This document shows, piece by piece, positions 9,433 through 18,908 of a stretch of 64,000 nucleotides of DNA. The notes under the pieces are model-generated. The model saw nothing but the letters and a program-made list of their open reading frames with translations, did not search any database and had not been told where the DNA came from. Origin of the DNA: an uncultured virus (IMG/VR IMGVR_UViG_3300040733_000035) (taxonomy: Duplodnaviria > Heunggongvirae > Uroviricota > Caudoviricetes); IMG/VR virus record IMGVR_UViG_3300040733_000035. One strand, given 5' to 3'. Position 1 is the stretch's first letter. Every line of letters begins with the position of its first letter. Made by a program: the position numbers and the translations under genes.

Positions 9433-9712
9433 ATCAACACTCCGAGATGTATCTAATAATATAATATCTGCAGGCAGAGCAAAACGAAATCAACTAGGTA
9501 TAAATTTCAAGAATTGCGTCTGCGATGACCTGTATGTAGACCCAGATGGCAACCTCTTCTCATGTGGCTGCAAAACAGAGAGGTTTGGCACAGTCTTCAA
9601 ACCTGAGATCCCAGATGAGTATGGAGAACGCGGGTCAAGATGTCCAAAAGAGAACCGCAGATATTTGACAGAATCGGCAGCAAGAGAAAATAAAATTGAA
9701 GTGGAGGCTTAA
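9407..9712 (+). CDS. stand-alone SPASM/twitch-like Fe-S domain protein
   Basis: CVCDDLYVDPDGNLFSCGC...FGTV matches the C-x-(I/V)-x-PDG-x-(V/L)-x-x-C pattern; SD AGGAGG. Confidence 0.55.
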   Translation: MNLINAIDESTLRDVSNNIISAGRAKRNQLGINFKNCVCDDLYVDPDGNLFSCGCKTERFGTVFKPEIPDEYGERGSRCPKENRRYLTESAARENKIEVEA

Positions 9713-9714
9713 CG

Positions 9715-9951
9715 ATGGCAAGCATACTTATATTTTATGGTCCAAAACACAAAAACGCAACGACAAAACTACTAAAGTCAAATGTACCGTTAAAGGTAGC
9801 CAAGAAATTCTGCAACCTATCGAAAACGCACAACCGATCTGAAGAATGGTTCTGTGGTTTCATGAATGATGATGACACTGGCCACCAAGAATACGATAAT
9901 GAAGAATTACGACAAAAGTTACTGACAATACTTACAAAGGTGAAAGCATGA
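9715..9951 (+). CDS. hypothetical protein
   Basis: SD GGAGG; operonic. Confidence 0.55.
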   Translation: MASILIFYGPKHKNATTKLLKSNVPLKVAKKFCNLSKTHNRSEEWFCGFMNDDDTGHQEYDNEELRQKLLTILTKVKA

Positions 9952-10157
9952 AAACAATTGCAATATTAATGTTAATATTATTAACATCGACATTAACATC
10001 AACATGTATAGCAGATGTGACAGTATCAATATTTTATTCTGATGGAACAAACACACAATCATTTCAAAAAACATACAACAACCTAATAGACGGAATACAT
10101 GACGAAATAATATTTAACACGAACATGACCGAAATAAACTGGATGAATAAAAAATGA
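9948..10157 (+). CDS. small secreted hypothetical protein
   Basis: Signal-like N-terminus; ATGA overlaps at both ends. Confidence 0.55.
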   Translation: MKTIAILMLILLTSTLTSTCIADVTVSIFYSDGTNTQSFQKTYNNLIDGIHDEIIFNTNMTEINWMNKK

Positions 10158-11296
10158 CACACGAGGGGTTAAAAATGGAACACATAGACTTAACAAATGA
10201 ACCATTAACAATAAATGTTTCAAAAGACAGAGAATTTGATGAAAAATTCCTGGGAAACGCAGTAGAACATCTATTAGAAATCAGAAACAACGCAAAAGAT
10301 TACATAACATCAGCAAAAAATCTGATGATAGAAAAAACAGACAACAAATCATGGGAATTATGGATAGAATCAGAAGACGAAATGAGAATCTTCAAACCAA
10401 CGCCATGGGCATTACAACAAACAATAAGATTAACAGAATTACCAAAAAAATACCACGATACATTGATTGAAAAAAATCACATAGAAGAAGCAGTGAGTCA
10501 CTTGAACATGTGGCTAAACGAAGGACCGAATAGGAGAATAAGAACAGTAGGTGACACATACAGAGCAATAGTATCACCAGGATACAACCCATTCGACAAT
10601 TACGATGCTTTTGTAACAATTGCTCAAACAATAAAAACAGCAAATTCAATGCGAATGCCAACAGAAAAACCAATAAAATTCCACAAAGCACAACTGTCTG
10701 ATCAGAACATGTATATCCAGATCATTGATGAAGGGTCCGAGTGGGACTTAGGACGAGGTGACACATACAAAAAAATGATGATTTTTAAAAACTCGGAAGT
10801 CGGCGACGGAGCAATGATAGTAGAAGCTGCATTGTGGAGATACATGTGTAGAAATCTACAAATACATGGAATCGTTTCACGAAGGATACATAAAGGAGAA
10901 AAATTAGCTGAAGGAATTTTTGCACCAGACACAATGGAAACACAAAACGAATTGTGGAAAAAAATCTTACGAGACTCATTAAACACTGGAATAGCATCAA
11001 ATCAAATGTATGACGAAATCATACATGACATAACAGAATCAAAAGATATCAAAATAGAACCAATCAAAACAATAGAAAAAGTACAGAAAAAACTGAAATT
11101 AACAGACAACGAAAAAAATGCGATAATAAACGCAATGATGGGAGACACGACGATTGCACCAGATGAAAAAAACACACTATTCCAATTAACAAATGGGATG
11201 ACATCAGCGGCTAAAGAAATGGGAATAGAAAGAGGGATTGAAATTCAGAGAATGGCAGGAGACATAAAAACACTAATAAAGGAGGTAGCACAATGA
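10154..11296 (+). CDS. DUF932-like phage/plasmid protein
   Basis: RAIVSPGYNPFDN...NSEVGDGA...RYMCRN...RRIH motifs. Confidence 0.7.
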   Translation: MTHEGLKMEHIDLTNEPLTINVSKDREFDEKFLGNAVEHLLEIRNNAKDYITSAKNLMIEKTDNKSWELWIESEDEMRIFKPTPWALQQTIRLTELPKKYHDTLIEKNHIEEAVSHLNMWLNEGPNRRIRTVGDTYRAIVSPGYNPFDNYDAFVTIAQTIKTANSMRMPTEKPIKFHKAQLSDQNMYIQIIDEGSEWDLGRGDTYKKMMIFKNSEVGDGAMIVEAALWRYMCRNLQIHGIVSRRIHKGEKLAEGIFAPDTMETQNELWKKILRDSLNTGIASNQMYDEIIHDITESKDIKIEPIKTIEKVQKKLKLTDNEKNAIINAMMGDTTIAPDEKNTLFQLTNGMTSAAKEMGIERGIEIQRMAGDIKTLIKEVAQ

Positions 11297-11784
11297 ACAA
11301 ACCACTTTTAGACTTAGAAAAATTGAAATCACAATTTGATAAAGCTGAAACATATGAAGATTATAACGGAAACAAACTGAAAACAATATATTTGGGAGAC
11401 ATAAGAGACATAACCCCAAGTGGAAAAATATACACGCCATTTGCATATAGCAACTTAACGATATGTAAATGTTGCAAAGGAGATGGATCAATAAAAAACA
11501 AAAACGCCAAAATAAAAAAATATGCATCAGCAAGAAAACATTTTAAAACATTGATAGAATCAGAAAAACGAAATTACAAAAAAATAAACAAATACAGGAA
11601 ACAACTAGAACAATGGAAACCATCAAAAACATGTCCAGAATGTTCTGGATTGGGGAGCATAGAAGCCAGATTAGACGAAGATTTCTGGGAAGAATTACAA
11701 TCAGAATTGGATGAAATAAACGCATGGCACCATGGTTCAGAAGGAGATGGATGTGATGTAATGGTGTCAATAGGAGTAGATTAA
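11293..11784 (+). CDS. protein with split DnaJ-type CxxCxGxG zinc finger
   Basis: CKCCKGDG and CPECSGLG. Confidence 0.65.
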   Translation: MNKPLLDLEKLKSQFDKAETYEDYNGNKLKTIYLGDIRDITPSGKIYTPFAYSNLTICKCCKGDGSIKNKNAKIKKYASARKHFKTLIESEKRNYKKINKYRKQLEQWKPSKTCPECSGLGSIEARLDEDFWEELQSELDEINAWHHGSEGDGCDVMVSIGVD

Positions 11785-12462
11785 ATGCTAACAATATATA
11801 TAAACAAAAAAGACCAGAATAAATATCACGATCAAAATATCATGCTAGACATGTTAACAAAAACAAAACTAAAATTTACAGTAGTTGACTTGAACCAAAT
11901 GGAATTAAACGAAATAAAGAAACTGGCAGAAGAAATAAGGAGAAATAGACAAAAATTTAAACAAATCAATGGAATAGAAAATAAGTGGAACTTCAATGTA
12001 TTGACGTTGCCACCAATAATAAAAACAGATGACAACACATATCCATGGTGGCACATTCGAGAACATATGGATGAAATAATACGGAAAGAAAGAATACGAC
12101 CACAAACAAACAGAGAAACAACCAAACCAAAAAGAGAAACAACCAAACCAAAACTAGAAATAAAAAGAATAAGAAAAAGAAAAACAACAACAAATGAAAT
12201 AGAAATAACATCAAAATCTCTAGCAAGAATAAATGTAACAATGCTGAGATTGATAAATGGAATAGACCCAATTGACATAATGATACATTGGTCAGAAGAA
12301 GAACGCGCATCAGGAATGATAATGTGGAGATTGGCACAGCACTACAAAAAACACGACATGCTAATTTTAGCAGACATGATAAAAAACAAAGCAGAAATGG
12401 CAGATCCATACAGAAAGACACGATGGGTGGGAGATATAAACAATGCAGATTTGGGAATGTGA
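11785..12462 (+). CDS. hypothetical protein with RETTKPK tandem duplication
   Basis: 21-bp perfect tandem repeat at 12112-12153. Confidence 0.6.
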   Translation: MLTIYINKKDQNKYHDQNIMLDMLTKTKLKFTVVDLNQMELNEIKKLAEEIRRNRQKFKQINGIENKWNFNVLTLPPIIKTDDNTYPWWHIREHMDEIIRKERIRPQTNRETTKPKRETTKPKLEIKRIRKRKTTTNEIEITSKSLARINVTMLRLINGIDPIDIMIHWSEEERASGMIMWRLAQHYKKHDMLILADMIKNKAEMADPYRKTRWVGDINNADLGM

Positions 12463-13219
12463 CCAATGGATTATGTGGAAAACAAAACCGACACAGGACG
12501 GAAGAACAACAAAAGTACCAATTGGAGTAAATGGAAGAGCAATATCAATTACAAATCAAAAGTGCTTCAGAACATTTGATGAAGCACAAACATTATACAC
12601 AAAAAACAAAGACTTATTTGATGGAATAGGATTCGTTTTCACAGAAGACGATAACTTCCTAGGAATTGACTTAGATTCAGTGAACAAATGGAATGGATGG
12701 AAAGAAATAGTAAAACGATTTGATTCATATACAGAAATAAGCCCCTCAAAAAGGGGGTTGCATATAATAACAGAAGGATTCTTACCAAACTTACAAGGGG
12801 AAAGAACTCACGGTATAAAAAGAGGATCACATGAAACTGGTGGAATAGAAGCATATGATGCATTAAGATACTTGACAGTGACAATTGATCCACTGGACGA
12901 TTTCACAGAAATTAAACCAAATCAATCAGCAATAAACTGGTTAACATCGGGACTAGATGACAGAGGAATAACAAATAAAATATTAAATACAGATTACGGA
13001 GAAAAATTCATAAAACTATGGAACGGAAGCACAACACAATACACAAGCAGCTCAGAAGCTGATTTAGCATTCTGTAGAATATTAGCAAATAACCATTGTC
13101 CTATTCATCAAATAGACCGATTATTCAGGAAAAGTAAATTGTATAGACAAAAATGGGATGAAAGGAGGGGAAATAAAACATACGGACAAATGACATTAGA
13201 AAAGGCAACAACCGAATGA
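12443..13219 (+). CDS. NrS-1-like primase-polymerase (AEP plus helix bundle, no helicase)
   Basis: DGIGFVF..GIDLD, YTEISPS.RGLH, IEAY..RYLTVT, SEADLAFC, IDRLFRKSKLYR.KWD, TYGQMT. Confidence 0.85.
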   Translation: MQIWECDQWIMWKTKPTQDGRTTKVPIGVNGRAISITNQKCFRTFDEAQTLYTKNKDLFDGIGFVFTEDDNFLGIDLDSVNKWNGWKEIVKRFDSYTEISPSKRGLHIITEGFLPNLQGERTHGIKRGSHETGGIEAYDALRYLTVTIDPLDDFTEIKPNQSAINWLTSGLDDRGITNKILNTDYGEKFIKLWNGSTTQYTSSSEADLAFCRILANNHCPIHQIDRLFRKSKLYRQKWDERRGNKTYGQMTLEKATTE

Positions 13220-13235
13220 AAAAGTTTATATAAGT
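13219..13235 (+). promoter_or_regulatory. archaeal BRE-TATA promoter
   Basis: AAAAGTTTATATAAG about 25 nt upstream of ATG 13257. Confidence 0.6.
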
Positions 13236-13256
13236 GGAAGGAGAACTAGATAAAAC

Positions 13257-13547
13257 ATGTTAGCATATCTGATAAGAAAACGAGAAGAAATAGAATCGAT
13301 ACCTAGATCAGTAAAAGTAATTGAACTATCTTTCAGACCATCAATGAAAGATTTAATTAACATGGTGCATAAAAGAAAACAAATAAAAACTATATTGGTA
13401 ACACCAAGTTATATGAAAACAATATCAAAATCGATGAGAATGATGTTAGAAAACCAACAAATCGAAATGAAAGAAACACCATCCGACATGCGAGGAACAA
13501 GAACCGACATAAACGGACAGTACATAGAAATACCGGAAGGACAATAA
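13257..13547 (+). CDS. DUF1699-like protein (family known from Methanosarcinales)
   Basis: REEI...LSFRPS.KD...PSYMKTISKS..M.LE.Q.I...G.R.DIN.Y, recalled DUF1699 pattern. Confidence 0.75.
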   Translation: MLAYLIRKREEIESIPRSVKVIELSFRPSMKDLINMVHKRKQIKTILVTPSYMKTISKSMRMMLENQQIEMKETPSDMRGTRTDINGQYIEIPEGQ

Positions 13548-13548
13548 A

Positions 13549-14985
13549 ATGACAAAACTGAATGCAATCAAATTAGAAGACTTTCAGAACGCCGTGAAGA
13601 ATGCAAATAAACAATTAGTAGAGTCGATAAAAGACAGTGAAGCATTAATCAAAGAAGTATATGAAGGAAACAAAAACTACTCAGTACAAACAGCAACAAG
13701 TTTTGCAATTAAGAGACTGAAAAAAGCAAAATCTGACGAATCCGCAACAGACGTAAAAGGATTTGTAATTGGAAAGAAAATCCAAGGAACAACCGGAAAA
13801 GGACCAACGATATTTGCAATAATGCAAGGAAAAACGGGAATAGCAGTAAAAACATGGAGAGGAGAAGTAGACATAGGAGATAAAAAGATTAAATTCCCAA
13901 ATAACGGAGCAGTGAGAATAAGAGTAAAAATGGAAAGAAACGACTTCACTGACAAAGATGAATATACAGTAGCAAACGTTATAGCAAGAAACCCAATTGA
14001 GAAAGACGAAATACTCAAAAGACTGGAAGACGCCGGAGCGATTATAACACTAAATGATGTAAGAAAACTAATAAAACGAACTAGCCCAGAGCCAGTCGTA
14101 ATAACAAAAGTTGTAATCGGAGGAGCAACCGCATCAAAGAAATTCGGCACAGATATATTACAGCCAATATGGTTCGTGAATGAATCCGATGGAAAAATTA
14201 AAAGCGAAGGACCAAATGTATCACTAAGAACAAGAAAAAGCGATGATACTACAGCATGGATACGGATCGTAGGTGTAGACACAGAATTCATACAAGTAGA
14301 GGACTTTGTTGACATATCGAAGGAATCACTAACACGATTCGATGACCCGGAAGATCAAGCAACATACTTAGGGTACGCAATGGAAGACAGAACAATTATC
14401 GTGGTTGGTGGAATATCAAACATAAGCGGAGACAATGACAATGGATATCAAATGAACATAAACGCATATGCATTGTTCGAAGACATAGCAGAAACCACGC
14501 CAATTGTAATAGGACAACAACCACTACCACAAGAAGAAGATGAAAAACCAATCGAAGAAGCACCGATAGTAACAGAAGAAACACCAATAACAGAAAAAGA
14601 AAAACCAACTGAAGAAGCACCAATAGAAGTAGAAGAAACAAAAGAAGAAATAAACGAGTCACCGAAAGAAACTGAAAACCAACCAGAAAAAACACCAGAA
14701 AAAGAAGAAGAAAAAAAAGAAGAAGAATCAGAAACGATTGAAGAAATCAAAATAACAAAAACTCCGATAAAAACACCACAAATGGAAGAAATCGAAAACA
14801 AACTTCTATTCTGTGCATGCATAAAAACAGGAAAAGCTAAAAACAATTCACCAAGATCACAAAAAATACAATGCCTGCGAGAAACATCATTAGACGATTT
14901 GAGAATGATGGGTGCAATCAAAAAATTGGATGCAATCGACGCGGCATTAGTAACGACCGTATACGAATACTTGCTAAAGGAGTAA
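13549..14985 (+). CDS. hypothetical protein with acidic Glu/Pro linker; possible multi-OB-fold SSB/RPA
   Basis: Beta-rich domains; lies between the primase and the SSAP-like gene. Confidence 0.4.
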   Translation: MTKLNAIKLEDFQNAVKNANKQLVESIKDSEALIKEVYEGNKNYSVQTATSFAIKRLKKAKSDESATDVKGFVIGKKIQGTTGKGPTIFAIMQGKTGIAVKTWRGEVDIGDKKIKFPNNGAVRIRVKMERNDFTDKDEYTVANVIARNPIEKDEILKRLEDAGAIITLNDVRKLIKRTSPEPVVITKVVIGGATASKKFGTDILQPIWFVNESDGKIKSEGPNVSLRTRKSDDTTAWIRIVGVDTEFIQVEDFVDISKESLTRFDDPEDQATYLGYAMEDRTIIVVGGISNISGDNDNGYQMNINAYALFEDIAETTPIVIGQQPLPQEEDEKPIEEAPIVTEETPITEKEKPTEEAPIEVEETKEEINESPKETENQPEKTPEKEEEKKEEESETIEEIKITKTPIKTPQMEEIENKLLFCACIKTGKAKNNSPRSQKIQCLRETSLDDLRMMGAIKKLDAIDAALVTTVYEYLLKE

Positions 14986-14990
14986 AATCG

Positions 14991-15023
14991 ACCGCCTCTT
15001 AATTGGAGGCGGTGGAGTTTTTT
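14991..15023 (+). terminator. GC-rich hairpin followed by a T-run
   Basis: ACCGCCTC-ttaattg-GAGGCGGT-ggag-TTTTTT. Confidence 0.5.
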
Positions 15024-15566
15024 ATGTCACAAGAAATAGACAATTTACCAGAACACCTGACCGGAATAAAATTCGAACCATGGCATTTCTATAGAAATAC
15101 AAAGGCAAAAAAAGGAGAAAATCAATTACTTCTAAACGACTGTTTCATAGATGAAGTAATGCGAATGAAAAAATTACGTTTCATACCAAAAATAACCGCG
15201 AGACTGCCGTACAAAAACAATGAATTATACATAGAAGCAGAAGTAACTGTATATTCAACAAATGACGACGGATGGGTAGACGAATCAAATAACACAAAAG
15301 CATTCTCATCAGTAACAAAAATGCCACATGAAGGTGGACAAACACACTTCGCACAAATAGCAATAACAAGAGCATTAAAAACAGCAGTTTTACGGCATTT
15401 ATATATATCAGACCACGATATAGAATTGGCAGTTGCCGCATATGACATAACTCCTGCTAAAGTAAATGTAATGACACGAAGCATCACAAACGACGGTGAC
15501 AGCGAAGAAACAGATAAAACACCACAAACGATAGAACCAGAAATAGACCTAGATTTAGGGATTTAA
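15024..15566 (+). CDS. putative single-strand annealing protein (Rad52/Sak-like)
   Basis: IEAEVTVY...AQIAITRALKTAVLRHL resembles the Rad52-family A.T.A.KRA helix; acidic C-terminal tail. Confidence 0.5.
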   Translation: MSQEIDNLPEHLTGIKFEPWHFYRNTKAKKGENQLLLNDCFIDEVMRMKKLRFIPKITARLPYKNNELYIEAEVTVYSTNDDGWVDESNNTKAFSSVTKMPHEGGQTHFAQIAITRALKTAVLRHLYISDHDIELAVAAYDITPAKVNVMTRSITNDGDSEETDKTPQTIEPEIDLDLGI

Positions 15567-16322
15567 ATGGAATTCCAATACGAAAAAGTACGTGTTGGTA
15601 AAATGTTGATAAACTGCATAGAAAACGATAAACGGAAATGGTGTACAGAATGTGAAACACCATGCAATGAATATGAGGAAAACAGAAAACTTTTTTGGAA
15701 AACACTAAAGGAGATAGATATGAACCAAAGCAATCAAAAGATAGAAATTAAACCAGGACTAAAACTTCCAGACGAAACAGAAAACAAATTAACGGAACTA
15801 AAAAATCAACAAGATGATATAGACGCATTGACAGAATACATACAAGAACAAGAAAACGACAGTGAATTAGAAAAACTGAAAAAGAAATTGACTGAAATAC
15901 AAGAAAAAATTAAAATACGCGAATCAGAACTAAAAATACCAGAAAACATCGAAATATTGTCTGAGATGCAAACAGCATTGAATAAAATGCTAGAATCAAC
16001 AGGATCATCAATAGACGATGCAATGTGGGGGCCAGATACATTTAGTAAAGGAAAAAAAGAAGCGATCTCATCAAAGGATGGAACAATTGTAGTAATACGA
16101 AGCACGAAACGAACAAGAACAATCATACCGTCGATATTCGTAGAAAAACATCCATTACTAACAAACAAGTTCGTGGAAGAAGGAAGAATAAAAATAACAT
16201 TAAAAGAAGCAGAAGCAGAATTGGGTAAAAACGCAATAAACGAAATGTGTGATATAAAAATTGATCACAATTACGAATTGCGGATAAAAGATGGACAACA
16301 CACACCAACAATGCCCGCATAA
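15567..16322 (+). CDS. coiled-coil hypothetical protein with N-terminal Cys cluster
   Basis: Heptad pattern; CTECETPC. Alternative start at 15720. Confidence 0.55.
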   Translation: MEFQYEKVRVGKMLINCIENDKRKWCTECETPCNEYEENRKLFWKTLKEIDMNQSNQKIEIKPGLKLPDETENKLTELKNQQDDIDALTEYIQEQENDSELEKLKKKLTEIQEKIKIRESELKIPENIEILSEMQTALNKMLESTGSSIDDAMWGPDTFSKGKKEAISSKDGTIVVIRSTKRTRTIIPSIFVEKHPLLTNKFVEEGRIKITLKEAEAELGKNAINEMCDIKIDHNYELRIKDGQHTPTMPA

Positions 16323-16351
16323 CAGCGGGCAAACTTAAATGGAGATAATAA

Positions 16352-17809
16352 ATGACAAAAATTACACTGCGGAAATGGGAAAACAAACCATACATAATGA
16401 TCGAATCACAATTACCAAAAAGCATTGTCGATATAATAGACAAAGTGACTTCATACAAAATAAAAAATGCAGAGCATATTGATAATCAAAGATACATATG
16501 TCCAAAATGCGGATGGTGGAAATTAACAATACACGCAAACAGTGATTATTGTAAAAGATGTGGAACATTATGCAACATAGATATGTGGGACTGTATTATA
16601 CGTTTACTATCAACCACTAGAACACACCCCAAAAAATTATATTTCCCAATAGGATTGCTAGACACGGTAGAAAACACGTTGCATGCTATCGGTTATGAAA
16701 CGGATGTCACCAAATGGCCTTTAGCGCCTCAAGAAGACACGCAAGAATTAAACCTAACCTGGACAGGACCAATGATGAGAAAACACCAGGACGAGGCAAT
16801 TACAAAGACACTTACTAAACTAAAAGAAGGCAGAGGAGTAATACTTGAAATGAGCACTGGTTCAGGCAAGACAACAACAGCTCTAAATATATTGCAACAA
16901 TTAAAAGTAAACACTTTAATTCTTGTACACAAAAAGAATTTAATGGAACAATGGGAAAACGCAATAAAAACAACATTAAATTGGAATCCAGATCTATTTG
17001 GAGACAACCAGAAAGACTTAGGACCAATAACAATCGGAATGATACAATCAATATCAAAAACAAACAATTTTCCATTCCACATGTTCAATTTCATGATAGC
17101 AGATGAATGTCACCATGTACCAGCGGAATCTACATACAATCTGATAATGAAATCAGATGCATATTACAAACTAGGACTATCCGCAACACCAACACGAGAA
17201 GATGGAAATGAAATGAAGATGTTCGCGGCGATAGGACAAATAATCAAAGTATCAAGCATAAAAGAATTAATCAAATTGGGTATACTAGCAAAACCAACAA
17301 TAGAAATAATAAATGCACCACCTGGAAACAGTGGAAGCACTTACGCAGAATCAGTTAAAAACCAAATAGTAATGAACGAACCACGAAACAGATTAATCGC
17401 ACAAAAAGCATATGAATTGAGAAGAAAAGGACTGAGTATACTAATAACAGTAACACAAATAAGACACGGAAAAACATTGGAAGCAATGATAAAGGGATCG
17501 AAATTTATACACGGAAAAACAAAGAAAGAGGAAAGACAACAAGCAATGAAAGACTTTGAAAACGGAGAATTAAACATAATGATATCAACACTACTAAACG
17601 AAGGAAGCGACATACCAACACTGGATGCAATAATAATGGCATCAGGAGGAAAATCTGAAGGAGCACAAATACAGAAAGTAGGAAGAGCACTTAGAACTAC
17701 AAAAGATAAAAAAACCGCTCTGATAATTGATATTGTAGACAGCGGGAAATGGCTACGAGATCACGCACAGGGAAGAATAAAACTATATCAAGAAGTATTC
17801 GGGCAATAA
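16352..17809 (+). CDS. superfamily 2 helicase (XPB/UvsW-like) with Zn ribbon
   Basis: STGSGKT, DECHH, SATP.R.DG, EGSDIP.LD, QKVGRALR; CPKC/CKRC. Confidence 0.92.
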   Translation: MTKITLRKWENKPYIMIESQLPKSIVDIIDKVTSYKIKNAEHIDNQRYICPKCGWWKLTIHANSDYCKRCGTLCNIDMWDCIIRLLSTTRTHPKKLYFPIGLLDTVENTLHAIGYETDVTKWPLAPQEDTQELNLTWTGPMMRKHQDEAITKTLTKLKEGRGVILEMSTGSGKTTTALNILQQLKVNTLILVHKKNLMEQWENAIKTTLNWNPDLFGDNQKDLGPITIGMIQSISKTNNFPFHMFNFMIADECHHVPAESTYNLIMKSDAYYKLGLSATPTREDGNEMKMFAAIGQIIKVSSIKELIKLGILAKPTIEIINAPPGNSGSTYAESVKNQIVMNEPRNRLIAQKAYELRRKGLSILITVTQIRHGKTLEAMIKGSKFIHGKTKKEERQQAMKDFENGELNIMISTLLNEGSDIPTLDAIIMASGGKSEGAQIQKVGRALRTTKDKKTALIIDIVDSGKWLRDHAQGRIKLYQEVFGQ

Positions 17810-17825
17810 AAAAGGAAAACAAAAC

Positions 17826-18566
17826 ATGTTGAGCAATTTACATATAATACAAGAAACCGATTTCAACAATGCATGGTATAAAGCAATACAAAACGTATTA
17901 AATGATAAGTGCGAACTGATATTTGGATCAAATAAGAATGAAAAGCATGCATGGGACTCATGCCAAATAATTGAATTAACAGGAAACGCAATAAAACAAG
18001 TAGAAACAAAAACAATTCACCCACACTCAACATTCAGAGCAATAGAACAATATTGCAACCAATTCACAGACGAATTCGTAAAAAAACAGCAACGAATGCA
18101 CGACGATGACATAAGAAAACATCCATACACATATTACGAAAGATTAACACAATTCGATGAATATCCAAGTGCAGAATACGATGGATCATTCAATCAACTA
18201 GAAAATATGAAAAGATGGATAAAAATGCAACAAATAACCGAAATATCATCGAATCAATGTCAATCAATAACATGGTATACAGAACGAGACAATAGAACAG
18301 ATTCACAACCATGCATGCAACGACTATGGACAAGATGGTATCCAAACAATTCAATCGACTTACATATAGATTGGAGATCAAGAGACTTGTTCGCATGGCA
18401 AAGTAATATAATCGCAATAACGGAAATGATGAACAGAGAAGTAATAAAACCAAATAAATGCACACTGGCAAGAATAATAGACTATTCGGACAGTTTGCAT
18501 ATATACGAAGCAGACATAGCACAAGCACAAAAGATCAAAAGAATGGATACATTTCATGGAGTATAG
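17826..18566 (+). CDS. thyA: thymidylate synthase, archaeal ThyA type
   Basis: YTYYERL, catalytic PC, RSRD, substrate-specifying Asn (AWQSN), SLHIY. Confidence 0.85.
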   Translation: MLSNLHIIQETDFNNAWYKAIQNVLNDKCELIFGSNKNEKHAWDSCQIIELTGNAIKQVETKTIHPHSTFRAIEQYCNQFTDEFVKKQQRMHDDDIRKHPYTYYERLTQFDEYPSAEYDGSFNQLENMKRWIKMQQITEISSNQCQSITWYTERDNRTDSQPCMQRLWTRWYPNNSIDLHIDWRSRDLFAWQSNIIAITEMMNREVIKPNKCTLARIIDYSDSLHIYEADIAQAQKIKRMDTFHGV

Positions 18567-18588
18567 ATGGAATATATAAGGTATCAAA

Positions 18589-18891
18589 ATGATTGAAAAC
18601 ACAGTACGATTCCTACATGCAATTGAAAAAGATGGACTAGATCTAAAAGACAGGGCAATTTATCTTACAGAGAACGCAGCAATGGTTGCAAAATTAGCAA
18701 GCTACATAGAAAGATTTCCAACAGAAAAAGAAGCACACAAAGCAGACATTAAATTAGCTCTAGGTGATGTAATGGTCCAGGCAGTTATGATGTGCCTAGA
18801 CATGGGGTTAATTCCAGAAGACATATTCAATCTAGGAAAACAACATGTCAGAGAAAGATTCGATGACTTTAAGGAACGTGGATGGAAATAA
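18589..18891 (+). CDS. MazG-like NTP pyrophosphohydrolase (possibly degenerate)
   Basis: LTENAAMV...LALGDV.VQ...DMG all-helical pattern; acidic residues partly lost; adjacent to thyA. Confidence 0.55.
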   Translation: MIENTVRFLHAIEKDGLDLKDRAIYLTENAAMVAKLASYIERFPTEKEAHKADIKLALGDVMVQAVMMCLDMGLIPEDIFNLGKQHVRERFDDFKERGWK

Positions 18892-18908
18892 ATTATTAAC
18901 AAGCCCTC

